Assembly (NCBI GenBank): GCA_043811535.1
Contig: JBDRNC010000020.1
Location: forward strand, 1 to 64,000
Length of the DNA: 64,000 nucleotides
Direction: 5' to 3'
From: Elusimicrobiota bacterium
GTDB taxonomy: Bacteria; Elusimicrobiota; Endomicrobiia; Endomicrobiales; JBDRNC01
Both the position numbers and the translations under genes were made by a program. Each line of letters opens with the position of its first letter. The stretch's first letter is position 1. Below are positions 40,677-50,953 of this stretch, in pieces. A model generated the notes under the pieces. The model saw only the letters and a list, made by a program, of their open reading frames with translations, was not told where the DNA came from and ran no database searches.

Positions 40677-41543
40677 ATGGAAAAAATAAATCATTCCGAG
40701 ATTTTTGAAATATTCCAGGATGTTTTTTCCAAACTTACCGGTCTTAATATCGCCTTCATCGATACCAACGCAGATTTCATAAAACGCGCCGGAGATTCAA
40801 GGGGTTTTTGCATCCTCATAGGCTCCATTGAAAGGAAAACCGGCGTTTCAAACTGCTGGATCAGTAATTACAGGGCTTGCAAGAGGGTCATTTCCGAGCA
40901 GAAGCCGCAGGTATATAAATGCCATGCCGGACTCACTGAGATAATCGTTCCCGTTCTGGACCACGGGAAAGCTATCGGAGCGATCATTACCGGCCAGATA
41001 AGGACGAAGGGAAGAAGCAGATACCAGCCAGTTTCAATTCCCATCGGTTTCCGCGTAACTCAAAACCAGCTCAGGTCTGAATTCTCAAAGGTACAGGAAA
41101 TGCTTCCTTCACAGGTAAGGGCTGCGGCGAGAACTCTATATCTTCTCGCGAATGTCTCCTTCAGGGACGAACTGGTGCTCTTCCTGTCCCAAGGCAGGAA
41201 ACACCGCTCATCCAACATGAAGAACATTATTCTGAAAGCGACTAACTTCATTCGGGAAAACTTCAAAGATCCGGAAATCTCGCTTAAACGGGTCGCGGAC
41301 GAGGTGAGTCTTAATTCGTATTACCTGAGCCATATCTTCAAGAAGGAGCTTAAATCCACATTCGTGAATTACCTTACCAGAATACGCATGGAAGACACGC
41401 TAAGGCAGTTGAAACACCAGCCCGACAAGAGCATCAAGGAGATCGCGTACGAATCGGGTTATTCCGATCCCTACTATTTCAGCAAAGTATTCAAGAAATT
41501 CTACCATTCATCCCCTCTGAAATACCGCCTAAAAAACGCCTAG
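40677..41543 (+). CDS. AraC-family regulator with an N-terminal PocR sensor domain
   Basis: FC.LI..C..S, YKCHAGLTEIIVPV..IG.I.TGQ (PocR); C-terminal double HTH (YLSHIFKKE..IKEIAYESGYSDPYYFSKVFKK). Confidence 0.92.
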   Translation: MEKINHSEIFEIFQDVFSKLTGLNIAFIDTNADFIKRAGDSRGFCILIGSIERKTGVSNCWISNYRACKRVISEQKPQVYKCHAGLTEIIVPVLDHGKAIGAIITGQIRTKGRSRYQPVSIPIGFRVTQNQLRSEFSKVQEMLPSQVRAAARTLYLLANVSFRDELVLFLSQGRKHRSSNMKNIILKATNFIRENFKDPEISLKRVADEVSLNSYYLSHIFKKELKSTFVNYLTRIRMEDTLRQLKHQPDKSIKEIAYESGYSDPYYFSKVFKKFYHSSPLKYRLKNA

Positions 41544-41677
41544 AACCTTAAAAACCATCAAGACTAAGAAAACACCCGAAATCTGCTACGCAAAAAAGTA
41601 CATCTAATCGTCAATTTATTCCATTGTGTTACCGCTACCATAAAAATAGAATGATTATAGATACAACGGGAGGGCTT

Positions 41678-43648
41678 ATGAAAATGACAATCTTGCTCTG
41701 TGCCGCCTTGTGTTTCCTGTCCGCGCTTTCGCGCGGCGCGGAACCTGGTTTCGTGGTGTTCGATCCCGGGACAGATGATATCATAAATTATTCAAAACAC
41801 GGCAATTTTGAAGGATTGGGCACTGATAAATACAAGTACGTAATGACCGATCCGGCCAGGTTGGGCAAGGCAGCTGGAGAAGGCATATATCCGAACAGCA
41901 GTTCGGTCCTGAAGGACCCCGCGTACATCAAACTTAACAATTCGGGCTTGTTGAACGGGAGCCAGTGGAATTTCCTTAATAACGATGACCACCAGCTTAA
42001 TTTTTTTAAATGGGCCACGGTCGGCGAGGAACCCGGAGTCAAGGCGTACTACTCGGCCCTGGCGCTTGAGAAGGCCGGAAACATCAAGCACGCTGTAAAG
42101 GCGTATTATTCCATAGTCGTTCATTTCCCGAAGTCGGTCGGGCGCACGTACTGGAATTCTCCGTGGTATGTCGGCCCTGTGGCGGTGGACAAAATAAAGT
42201 ACCTTACCGCGAAAAATCCCGGACTGGGCATTAAGCTGGTAGGCGCATACGTTAAAGTCATAAACCGCTTTGACGACGATTCAAAGAACGATTCTTTTAT
42301 CGTGAATCCGGGCAGGATTTTAAAGGTCAATCCGGTGAATATCAGGCCGGAAAGGGAAGATACCGCCAAATACAAAATCGACAGGACTGTCGGCGCCGGA
42401 GCGGTGCGTCTGGTGAAGTATTCGAACGGCCACTGGCAGCTGTTAGTAGACGGGAAACCGTATACCGTCAAAGGGATGGCTTATTCGCCCAATAAGATCG
42501 GTCTCAGCCCGGATAAAGGGACGTTAAACGTGTCCAGGGACTGGATGTTCGCGGATTTCAATAAGAACGGCGTCATTGACGGGCCTTATGAGGCGTGGGT
42601 GGACGCGAACGGAAACAATAAAAAGGACGCGGGAGAGGAAAATACGGGAGATTTTCAGCTGATGAAGGAAATGGGCGTAAACACTCTGAGAATCTATCAT
42701 TACGACGGATTAAACGACGATCTCCTCCGTGAAGGATACGAAAAATACGGTTTTATGTATCTCATGGGGAACCTGATAGGGATGTACTGCACCGATTCCG
42801 GCGCGGATTGGTTCAGCGGCACGGATTATACTGACGCTAAACAACGCGAAAAGATGCTGGACAGCGTGAGGAGGATGGTTGAGGCGTACAAGGATAAACC
42901 GTACGTACTCATGTGGGTGCTCGGAAACGAGAACAATTACGGGGCGCCAGGCACGTTCGGTATGGACGCGGGATCGGGCTGCAGGGCGAAGCTCCAGCCC
43001 GAAGCTTATTATAAATTCGTGAACGAGGCCGCCAGGCTTGTAAAATCGCTGGACCCGCAGAAGAGGCCCGTGGCGATATGCAACGGGGACGCGCTGTTTC
43101 TTGACATCTGCGCGAAAAACGCGCCTGACCTGGATGTATTCGGGACAAACTGCTACAGAGGCGAGCAGGGATTTGGCTCGATGTGGGATGACGTGTCCGA
43201 AGTCATGGGGAAACCGGTGGTTATAACCGAATACGGGTGCTCGGCGTACCATGAACTTTGGGACCTTAAGCGTGCCGAAGAAGGCCAGGCTGAATATCAC
43301 AGGGGAAACTGGGAAGACATAGAGTTGAATCTCGCGGGAAGCGGGAGCGGCAACGCTCTCGGCGGGGTTGTTTTCGAATGGACGGACGAATGGTGGAAAG
43401 CCAACGCTGACCTTCCCGACAGAATAAAGAGCCAGAAAAAAGGATGGTACAGCAGGCGCGAGGATAAATATAAAAACCTTACACCGGACGCACACGATGC
43501 GGTTCCCCAGTTCGGCGCTCCATTCCTGGACGGCTGGAGTTATGAAGAATGGCTTGGGATAACCGGCCAGGGAAACGGCAGGCATAGCCCGTTCATGAGA
43601 CAATTAAGGCCGGCATATTTCGCATACAAAGAAATGTGGAACAAGTAA
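41678..43648 (+). CDS. Secreted clan GH-A (GH2-like TIM barrel) glycoside hydrolase with an extra N-terminal domain
   Basis: Signal peptide; MGVNTLRIY, WVLGNE (acid/base), ITEYG (nucleophile), FEWTDEWWK; Ca-binding-like DxNxNG loops. Confidence 0.8.
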   Translation: MKMTILLCAALCFLSALSRGAEPGFVVFDPGTDDIINYSKHGNFEGLGTDKYKYVMTDPARLGKAAGEGIYPNSSSVLKDPAYIKLNNSGLLNGSQWNFLNNDDHQLNFFKWATVGEEPGVKAYYSALALEKAGNIKHAVKAYYSIVVHFPKSVGRTYWNSPWYVGPVAVDKIKYLTAKNPGLGIKLVGAYVKVINRFDDDSKNDSFIVNPGRILKVNPVNIRPEREDTAKYKIDRTVGAGAVRLVKYSNGHWQLLVDGKPYTVKGMAYSPNKIGLSPDKGTLNVSRDWMFADFNKNGVIDGPYEAWVDANGNNKKDAGEENTGDFQLMKEMGVNTLRIYHYDGLNDDLLREGYEKYGFMYLMGNLIGMYCTDSGADWFSGTDYTDAKQREKMLDSVRRMVEAYKDKPYVLMWVLGNENNYGAPGTFGMDAGSGCRAKLQPEAYYKFVNEAARLVKSLDPQKRPVAICNGDALFLDICAKNAPDLDVFGTNCYRGEQGFGSMWDDVSEVMGKPVVITEYGCSAYHELWDLKRAEEGQAEYHRGNWEDIELNLAGSGSGNALGGVVFEWTDEWWKANADLPDRIKSQKKGWYSRREDKYKNLTPDAHDAVPQFGAPFLDGWSYEEWLGITGQGNGRHSPFMRQLRPAYFAYKEMWNK

Positions 43649-43661
43649 ACAAAAGGTTTTT

Positions 43662-45089
43662 ATGAAAATATATTCACGGATACAGTGTATCGCGCTTGCG
43701 TTGGTGTTGGCCGGTACTGCGGCGGTTTTTTCTGAAACGGAATATTCAACGGAAACGCGCGGTGTTTCCGGCCCGGCCGGGCAGGATGATATTGCCGAAA
43801 CAAAGGAAGTTATTGTGTCTACGGAAACACTGAAAGAGCCGGTAATTATCAGGGGAAGGGGAAGAGTGTCCCTGGTCAAAGCGAACGGAACGTGGCAGCT
43901 GCTCGTGGACAAGCAGACATACATAGTGAAAGGCGTGGAATACGCGGCGGATCCGGTCGGGCGCCCGTCAGGAGAAAGCAATATGTGGATGAACGACGAT
44001 TTCAACGGCAACGGGAAATGCGACGGCCCGTATGACTCATGGATCGACTCAAACGGCGACAACTACCAGGACCTTGACGAAAAACCCGCCGGGGACTTCA
44101 TGTTGTTAAAAAGAATGGGATGCAATACAATAAGGCTGTATCACCCCTCAAATATAAACGCTGAGATCCTGAATGACCTGTACGGCAATTACGGCATAAT
44201 GACTATAATGGGCAATCTTCTCGGGGCCTACACGGTTGATACGGGAGCGGGATGGGAGAAGGGGACCGATTATAACGACCCGGCGCAGAGAGAGAAGATG
44301 AAAAAAAGCGTTGAAGAGATGGTGCTCAGGTACAAGGATGAGCCGTTCGTGCTGATGTGGATACTCGGCAACGAAAACGACGCCGCAGGGAGCTACGACA
44401 ATTCTACGTTTAATAATACGAACGCCGGCAAGTGCCCGGAAGCGTATGCGAGGTTTGTAGGCGAGGTCGCCAGGATGATTAAAAGGCTGGATCCGGAGCA
44501 TCCTGTCGGGACCTGCGTCGCGTATTACAAGCTCTTGCCGTATTTCGCGAAATACGCGCCTGAGATAGACGTGATAGGGATGAACGCATACACGGGGCCG
44601 TTCGGCTTCGGAACGCTTTGGGGCCGGGTTTCAAACGCGTTCGACAGGCCCGTTTTGATAACAGAATACGGCGCTGACAGTTACAACCAGGCGAATCAGG
44701 CGGTTGATGAGGATTTTCAGGCGCTCTACCACGCAAGGTCGTGGCAGGACATAGTTGACAACAGTTACGCCGGGCATAAAAACGGGAACGCGATAGGCGG
44801 GGTCGCATTCTGCTGGATGGATAAGTGGTGGCTGTGCGGCTCACCGCTGGTCCATGACGCGGAACTGGGGGCGTGGCCCGGGCCGTCAAACGACGGGAAG
44901 TATAACGACGAGTGGATCGGAATCTGCGGGCAGGGGGACGGTTCAAAAAGCCCGTTCATAAGACGGCCGAAAAAAGTCTATTTCACGTACAAGAACGAAT
45001 TATGGAACAAGTCGCTTGAGCAGATCGAAGAGTCCAATAAGGGTTATAGAAAAAACGCGGGGGACGGTTTAAAACCACAGTCCAAATGA
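43662..45089 (+). CDS. Secreted clan GH-A (GH2-like) glycoside hydrolase
   Basis: Paralogous to the upstream catalytic domain: MGCNTIRLY, WILGNE, ITEYGAD, WMDKWW. Confidence 0.8.
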   Translation: MKIYSRIQCIALALVLAGTAAVFSETEYSTETRGVSGPAGQDDIAETKEVIVSTETLKEPVIIRGRGRVSLVKANGTWQLLVDKQTYIVKGVEYAADPVGRPSGESNMWMNDDFNGNGKCDGPYDSWIDSNGDNYQDLDEKPAGDFMLLKRMGCNTIRLYHPSNINAEILNDLYGNYGIMTIMGNLLGAYTVDTGAGWEKGTDYNDPAQREKMKKSVEEMVLRYKDEPFVLMWILGNENDAAGSYDNSTFNNTNAGKCPEAYARFVGEVARMIKRLDPEHPVGTCVAYYKLLPYFAKYAPEIDVIGMNAYTGPFGFGTLWGRVSNAFDRPVLITEYGADSYNQANQAVDEDFQALYHARSWQDIVDNSYAGHKNGNAIGGVAFCWMDKWWLCGSPLVHDAELGAWPGPSNDGKYNDEWIGICGQGDGSKSPFIRRPKKVYFTYKNELWNKSLEQIEESNKGYRKNAGDGLKPQSK

Positions 45090-46540
45090 AATTAATACAT
45101 GGACTCCTGCTCGCGTCGCTTGTAACGGTATCAAATATGACAGAAACATCTGCCGCGGCACTGCCGCCGTCTTCGACAATCAAGGTTCAAGGTAGGAACC
45201 TTATAGTCAATAATTCGACCTTCACCGTGAAGGGGGTTTGTTATTCGCCGGTGAAGGCCGGATATACGAACGCCAATTTCGACTGGTGGTCGGACCAGAA
45301 CGCCTGCAAATCGGATTTTCCTTTGATAGCGGCCATGGGGGCGAACTGTATAAGGACTTACTCGCCATCGGCTGCGGACAGTTATGTGCAGGCAGTGCTT
45401 GACGCGGCGGCACGTCACGGCCTGTATGTTATATTGGGCTACAGCGTCCCGTGGAACCAGGATTTTTCCGTAGCAGCCAACAGGACTCCGGTCGTGAACG
45501 GTTTTACGGACTTCGTGAATAAATGGAAGGCGCATCCCGCGGTTCTCATGTGGTGTTTCGGCAATGAGATAGACGTGCATACGGCCAGCGCCGCCGGCTG
45601 GTTCACTCTGCTTGACCAGGCTTCTGCGGCCGCTCATGCCGCGGAAGGGGCCGGGTATCATCCCGTGACTACGGCAAACCAGGAAATGGACGAAGTGGCC
45701 GTTTACGACTCCTCGGTCCCGAACCTGGACGTATGGGGATTGAACCTTTACAGGGGAAAAACCTTCGGCGCGATATTTTCGGTTTATTCTTCCACAAAAC
45801 CTTTCATGATAACCGAATGGGGATGCGATTCCTTTGACGGCCGCGTCGGAAACGCTAACGAAACGCTGCAGTCAGAATACATCGCGGGCCAGTGGGAAGA
45901 CATAAACGGCCACCTTTCGCATAAAAATCCCGCGGAATGCTGCATAGGCGGGTGCCTTTTTGAATGGTGCGACGAATGGTGGAAGGGGGCGTCGTCGCCC
46001 GGGGATCTTTCGACTTTGGGAGGCGGGGGCGTGAAAGGGCCTGCCGTTCAGGATACGGCGGCGGACTGGACCAATGATAATTACGCCGACCCCAACATGA
46101 ATGAAGAATGGTGGGGCATAGTAGCGATTGAACTTGATTCATACACGCGGAAACCGAAAGAGGCTTATTACGCGCTGGGCAGGCTGTGGGAAGGAAGCAC
46201 GGACGCTTCAGGCGATGCCGGCGGTTCCGCGGCGGGTATCATACAGGGTGAAGTGAGGAATTACCCGAATCCTTTCATTGCCGACGGAAATAACTCAACA
46301 AGGATAAAGTTCGCCGTAAGCGGCGCGCCCGAATTGAATATAGAGATCTTTGACCTGTCGGGCGCGAAGGTGCGCGAACTGAGCGGGATAAATTCCGCGG
46401 GCTCATTAAGGGAAGCTTACTGGGACGGGAAGGATTCGGATTCCGGTGTCGTTCCAAGCGGGCTCTATATCTGCAAAGTCAGCGCGGCATTGTCCGGAAG
46501 GGAAGAGATTAAATACCGCAAGATAGCGGCAGTTAAATAA
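45086..46540 (+). CDS. Clan GH-A glycoside hydrolase with a T9SS-type/FlgD-Ig C-terminal domain
   Basis: MGANCIRTY, WCFGNE, ITEWG, FEWCDEWWK; C-terminus NYPNPF..IFDLSG..VREL..WDGKD..SGLY. Confidence 0.8.
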   Translation: MKLIHGLLLASLVTVSNMTETSAAALPPSSTIKVQGRNLIVNNSTFTVKGVCYSPVKAGYTNANFDWWSDQNACKSDFPLIAAMGANCIRTYSPSAADSYVQAVLDAAARHGLYVILGYSVPWNQDFSVAANRTPVVNGFTDFVNKWKAHPAVLMWCFGNEIDVHTASAAGWFTLLDQASAAAHAAEGAGYHPVTTANQEMDEVAVYDSSVPNLDVWGLNLYRGKTFGAIFSVYSSTKPFMITEWGCDSFDGRVGNANETLQSEYIAGQWEDINGHLSHKNPAECCIGGCLFEWCDEWWKGASSPGDLSTLGGGGVKGPAVQDTAADWTNDNYADPNMNEEWWGIVAIELDSYTRKPKEAYYALGRLWEGSTDASGDAGGSAAGIIQGEVRNYPNPFIADGNNSTRIKFAVSGAPELNIEIFDLSGAKVRELSGINSAGSLREAYWDGKDSDSGVVPSGLYICKVSAALSGREEIKYRKIAAVK

Positions 46541-46555
46541 GCCGGAAGAGGGAAG

Positions 46556-47539
46556 ATGGAAGGCGGAAGAGTAATTAAAACGGTATTCCTTATCACACTG
46601 ACAACTGTCATCTGTCAACTGTCAACCGCTGTTTATGCGCAGTTCCCGTACGCGTGCGGCGCCCGGGCGATAGGGATGGGCGGAGCTTTCAGCGCCGTAT
46701 CTGCGGAGATATCGGCGCTGTACTGGAATCCAGCCGGGCTGGGATACTTGCAGAAAAAGGAAATATCGGCGATGTACGACAAGGATTTTATTGATACTAA
46801 AAACTGTTTTCTGGGTTACGGCCAGCCTGCGGCGGAGACCGGAGGATTCGGGTTCGGCTGGTACAGAGTGGCGAATGATTTCGAAAAGACGGATATTTCC
46901 GGGAATTCGCTGGGTTCGGGAGAGTATTCCGGGAATGTCTTGACCCTGGGCGCCGGTTACTACAGGGGCCTTCCATTTTCGGTCGGAATAAGCCTGAAAT
47001 ATATGGATGAAAGGATAGACAGCTACTCGATATCAGGGGCGGCGCTGGACGCGGGGCTTTTGTACGAGTATTCCTCGTTCAGATTCGCGGTTGTCATGCA
47101 GAACGTTCTGAATACAGGGATGAGGGGCGATTCAACGGCTGGCGGAGAGTCAAAAGAGGATATCCCGTTTTCAGGAACGCTGGGAATAGCGTATTCAGGC
47201 CTGAGTGGAATAGAGTTCGCGGATAAACGTCCGCCAGCGGTCTCCGCGGCGCAGGAAAAAGAGCAAGAAAAAGAAGTCACAAAGGGAATCGTCGGCATTT
47301 CGTATATCATGGGATGCGATGTTACGGTCACGCCGGGCAACCCCTCGAAAACCGCGTTCAGTCCGGGTTGCGAGGTCTGGGTGAATGAAACGATAGGATT
47401 CAGGGCGGGCTACAGGCGGCTGAGGAACGTAACGGCCGGGCTGTCATTCAAATACGAGATATTCAGGATAGATTACGCTTTCGTGGCAAACCCGGACCTT
47501 GAAAACGGGAACATAGTGTCATCGTCGATGTATTTTTGA
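46556..47539 (+). CDS. PorV/PorQ-like outer-membrane beta-barrel protein
   Basis: GARAIGMGGAFSAV...YWNPAGL N-terminal motif, alternating beta-strands, terminal Phe. Confidence 0.8.
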   Translation: MEGGRVIKTVFLITLTTVICQLSTAVYAQFPYACGARAIGMGGAFSAVSAEISALYWNPAGLGYLQKKEISAMYDKDFIDTKNCFLGYGQPAAETGGFGFGWYRVANDFEKTDISGNSLGSGEYSGNVLTLGAGYYRGLPFSVGISLKYMDERIDSYSISGAALDAGLLYEYSSFRFAVVMQNVLNTGMRGDSTAGGESKEDIPFSGTLGIAYSGLSGIEFADKRPPAVSAAQEKEQEKEVTKGIVGISYIMGCDVTVTPGNPSKTAFSPGCEVWVNETIGFRAGYRRLRNVTAGLSFKYEIFRIDYAFVANPDLENGNIVSSSMYF

Positions 47540-47544
47540 TAAAT

Positions 47545-50214
47545 ATGAAAAAACTCCTGCTTGTGTATATATGCGTGCTGGTTCCGGTGTCTGAAATGAA
47601 CAGAGTTTATCCGGCCGACTATGATACGGGAACCGTTAATCTGAGCGGAAAACTGCAGCTTGATTATTATTACCACCGGCTCGGGGATAACTGGTCGGCT
47701 TCGGGCGCAGGATATAAGGATACGAATTACAATTATTCCCTGAATAATACAACGCCTTCGACTCCGTCGTGGAGCGGCAGTTTCGGCCAGACCCTGTTCC
47801 TTGATATTGGAATAAAACCCTACGAAAACATTACTGGGGAATTCGGTTTTGAATTTATCTCAAACTACGCGGACAGGTACTGGATACCGTTGAATTTCGA
47901 GCACAGAATGAAAGAGGACAATATAAACGCGTTCTGGAAAAAAGGCGACGTGAAATACGAAGGCGACGGCCTGTCGCTCAGGTATTTCAGAGGAGTCGGC
48001 CACTACCACTGGGGTTATGAAGGCGACATGTTCAACCTTTACTATGAGCAGTATGAAACCGATAAATACCTGAGGTTAAGCGGAAGGCCGTCTCCCGAGG
48101 GAATTGAAATCAATTTGGCCGGTGACGCTGGCAATCTCAATGTGATACACGGCCCGGAAATATTATGGAACCACAAAAACGGGACGTACGCGAAGTACAA
48201 CGTGTTTTTGGGGGGCATAGAGACATTCCTGATATACGCCGGTCACATAATTCCATACGGGGAACCGGATGAAACAATGCGCTCGTTCGAAGTGAGCACG
48301 AAATTCAATTTCATTGACCGGCCGGCGGCTGTCGGAGCCCTTTACAGGTCGTTCAGGCTCAACCGGGCATATTATTACGTTGAAGACGCGCCCGCGGGGG
48401 CAGGCGATCTCGGCTCGAATTATCTTAAGAAGTCCGGAACGACTTCTTCAGGCGACGCAACGGGCGTAAGCTTCCAGTATGACCTTCTGCCGAAACCGTT
48501 TTTAAACAGCATGCTTTTCAAATATACGCGCCAGGGACTCGTGGCCGGAAACAAGCAGGAATATTCGGTGCAGATGAACAGGAGTTTTTCAAGGTCAATG
48601 ACGGGCAGCCTTCTGGTTTCATGGAGACGGCCTTTGCTCGGACCGATCCCCTTGGTTTATGAAGGCACGGCGGCAAACCCCGGCCCTGTCCTTTTTGAAC
48701 CAAGGGGCCCGCAGAGCCCTTTCTGGGTCAACTGGGAAAACAGGGAAGCGAACACCGTGACTACTGTGTTCACTTTTGACCCTACTCCGGGAACCTGGTT
48801 CTATCTCTTTCAACCCGACCAGCCGGATTCATGGAACCTGAATCCGGCTGAGAACGCGCCGGTTTCTTTTGCAGCGAGGTATACAATGTCAAAATACGCG
48901 ACGGCTACGGACCGCCAGTACTATTTTGACGGCGACGGGAAAGTCGTCTGGGAACCGCCGCTGAGTGCCGGCGCCTGGCCGACGAGAGGTTACATAGGAT
49001 ATTTTGATATCGTGAGCAAGCTCGTTTTTGGAAAGATAAGAATGGAATATGATATCGGCGCCGGCGATTCGCTCGCCGGTTCGGGATTGGCATACACCGC
49101 ATCTTCAGCGGGAGAAAAACCGGCAACGAATTCATTTACCACCGGGTTGACCTTAATTTCCGGGGATAACACTTACAAATTGCGATACAGTCAGGACGTA
49201 TGGGGGCCGGAAGAATGGCACCGCGCTTTCGGCGAAGCGTTTGACAGGCTTTACCAGCTGGAATACGCAAGAAAGATCGGAGAACATGTTGAGATTGGCT
49301 GCGGTTATACGGGAGCAAGGGAAGACGACGGGAAATACCTCGCGTCAGAACTGGGAGAGTATGACGAAATACGCGCTTTCATATCGCTGTCTTTCGGGCC
49401 CGTCGCCGCGTATTTCGGAGGGTCCCCCGGTCCGGCGCTGTCCGGAGAAGCACCCCCATCGGACAATGTAGCGCCGCGGGTTTCTATGAAGATTCAGGCG
49501 CCGAAGTTCACGCCCGACGGGGACGACAGGGACGATACTCTGCCGATAGAGCTTTTTGCTTCTGACGAAAACTCCATAACCGGATGGAAAGTAAGCATTC
49601 AGGACAATAAGGGCAGGGTGATTAAGGTCATGTCCGGGGATGGAGAGCCGCCTCATATCGTTGATTGGGACGGAACGGACGACATTTACGGGAAAACCGT
49701 GCCTGAAGGCGCGTACAACGCTGTATTTGAAGCCACGGATTCTTATGATAATACCGCGGCGGCAGGCCCGCAGGGAATAAACGTTGTCATCCCCGCGAAA
49801 GTAATTATCAGGGAAGTTACAAGGGAAGTAAAAGTCACCGAAACAGAAAGAGGCCTTCTGGTTTCTCTCACATCAAGGGTATTGTTCGATTCCGGAAAGA
49901 GCAGGCTCAAAACCAGCGCAAACAAGGCGCTTGAAGAAGTAGTTAAAATATTGAACGCGTATCCGGAAAATCAGATATCCATTGAGGGGCACACCGATAA
50001 TACCGGCGGGGCGCGGTATAATCAGAGACTTTCCGAAGAGAGGGCCAAAAGCGTGGAGGATTACCTTGTTAAAAAGGGCGTGTCCCGCGAAAGAATCACA
50101 TCAATGGGCCACGGCAAGGAGAAACCTGCGGCTACAAATTCAACTGCGGCGGGCCGCGAGGCCAACCGCAGGGTGGAGGTGATAATATTAAGAAAAGACA
50201 GTACAGGGAAATAG
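47545..50214 (+). CDS. Outer-membrane protein: large aromatic-rich beta domain + Ig (FlgD-like) + OmpA peptidoglycan-binding domain
   Basis: Signal peptide; FTPDGD.R.D..WDG Ig-type motif; VLFDSGKS..IEGHTDN..NQRLSEERA..NRRVE OmpA motif. Confidence 0.8.
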   Translation: MKKLLLVYICVLVPVSEMNRVYPADYDTGTVNLSGKLQLDYYYHRLGDNWSASGAGYKDTNYNYSLNNTTPSTPSWSGSFGQTLFLDIGIKPYENITGEFGFEFISNYADRYWIPLNFEHRMKEDNINAFWKKGDVKYEGDGLSLRYFRGVGHYHWGYEGDMFNLYYEQYETDKYLRLSGRPSPEGIEINLAGDAGNLNVIHGPEILWNHKNGTYAKYNVFLGGIETFLIYAGHIIPYGEPDETMRSFEVSTKFNFIDRPAAVGALYRSFRLNRAYYYVEDAPAGAGDLGSNYLKKSGTTSSGDATGVSFQYDLLPKPFLNSMLFKYTRQGLVAGNKQEYSVQMNRSFSRSMTGSLLVSWRRPLLGPIPLVYEGTAANPGPVLFEPRGPQSPFWVNWENREANTVTTVFTFDPTPGTWFYLFQPDQPDSWNLNPAENAPVSFAARYTMSKYATATDRQYYFDGDGKVVWEPPLSAGAWPTRGYIGYFDIVSKLVFGKIRMEYDIGAGDSLAGSGLAYTASSAGEKPATNSFTTGLTLISGDNTYKLRYSQDVWGPEEWHRAFGEAFDRLYQLEYARKIGEHVEIGCGYTGAREDDGKYLASELGEYDEIRAFISLSFGPVAAYFGGSPGPALSGEAPPSDNVAPRVSMKIQAPKFTPDGDDRDDTLPIELFASDENSITGWKVSIQDNKGRVIKVMSGDGEPPHIVDWDGTDDIYGKTVPEGAYNAVFEATDSYDNTAAAGPQGINVVIPAKVIIREVTREVKVTETERGLLVSLTSRVLFDSGKSRLKTSANKALEEVVKILNAYPENQISIEGHTDNTGGARYNQRLSEERAKSVEDYLVKKGVSRERITSMGHGKEKPAATNSTAAGREANRRVEVIILRKDSTGK

Positions 50215-50244
50215 AGTTCCCTAAAAAATAAAGGAGGAAGGACC

Positions 50245-50874
50245 ATGAAAAAGATTTTGTTCTTTTGTTTGTCGGCAGTGTTAGCGTGTTCAGCCGGTTT
50301 GGCGTTCGCAGCTCCGAGGGCGTCCAAAAACGCGTCTTCGGGGACAGGCGACGGAAAGTCGAAGGCGTTTTTCGTGATATACACCGATCAGCAGTCCATG
50401 CAGAATCACTACGCCCCTTCCGGATGGATGGGAGATTACGGCGATATCAAGCTGAATAACGGTTGCCTGGAGAATCCAAAGACCGGCAAGTCCTGTATCA
50501 AGATAACCTACAACGCGAAGGGCGCGCAGGGCGCGGGCTGGTGCGGCATTTACTGGCAGTACCCGCCGAATAACTGGGGCGAAAAGAAAGGTTATAACCT
50601 GACAGGAGCGAAAAAACTGACCTTTTGGGCGCGCGGAGCGTCCGGCGGGGAGAGGATCTCGGAATTTAAAGTGGGAGGCCTTACCGGGAGTGTACCTGAT
50701 ACGGACTCAAACGCGATAGGACCGATTGAACTTGAGAAGAGCTGGAAGCAGTACACGATAGACCTGACAGGGAAAGACCTTTCCAATATCTGCGGAGGAT
50801 TCGCGTTCTCGGCGTCAAGGGATGATAATCCCGACGGAATGGAAATGTACTTTGATGAAATAGTTTTTGAGTGA
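50245..50874 (+). CDS. Secreted carbohydrate-binding-module-like (galactose-binding fold) protein
   Basis: Signal peptide; PSGWMGD, W.GIYWQ.P.NNWG, LTFWARG..GGE, WKQYTIDL, YFDEIVFE. Confidence 0.65.
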   Translation: MKKILFFCLSAVLACSAGLAFAAPRASKNASSGTGDGKSKAFFVIYTDQQSMQNHYAPSGWMGDYGDIKLNNGCLENPKTGKSCIKITYNAKGAQGAGWCGIYWQYPPNNWGEKKGYNLTGAKKLTFWARGASGGERISEFKVGGLTGSVPDTDSNAIGPIELEKSWKQYTIDLTGKDLSNICGGFAFSASRDDNPDGMEMYFDEIVFE

Positions 50875-50953
50875 AGATGCACCGGCCTGCGGGAAGCGGA
50901 AAAAGTGTTTCCCGCAGGCAGTGAAAAGGATAGGAAAAAAGCGGGAGGATGCA

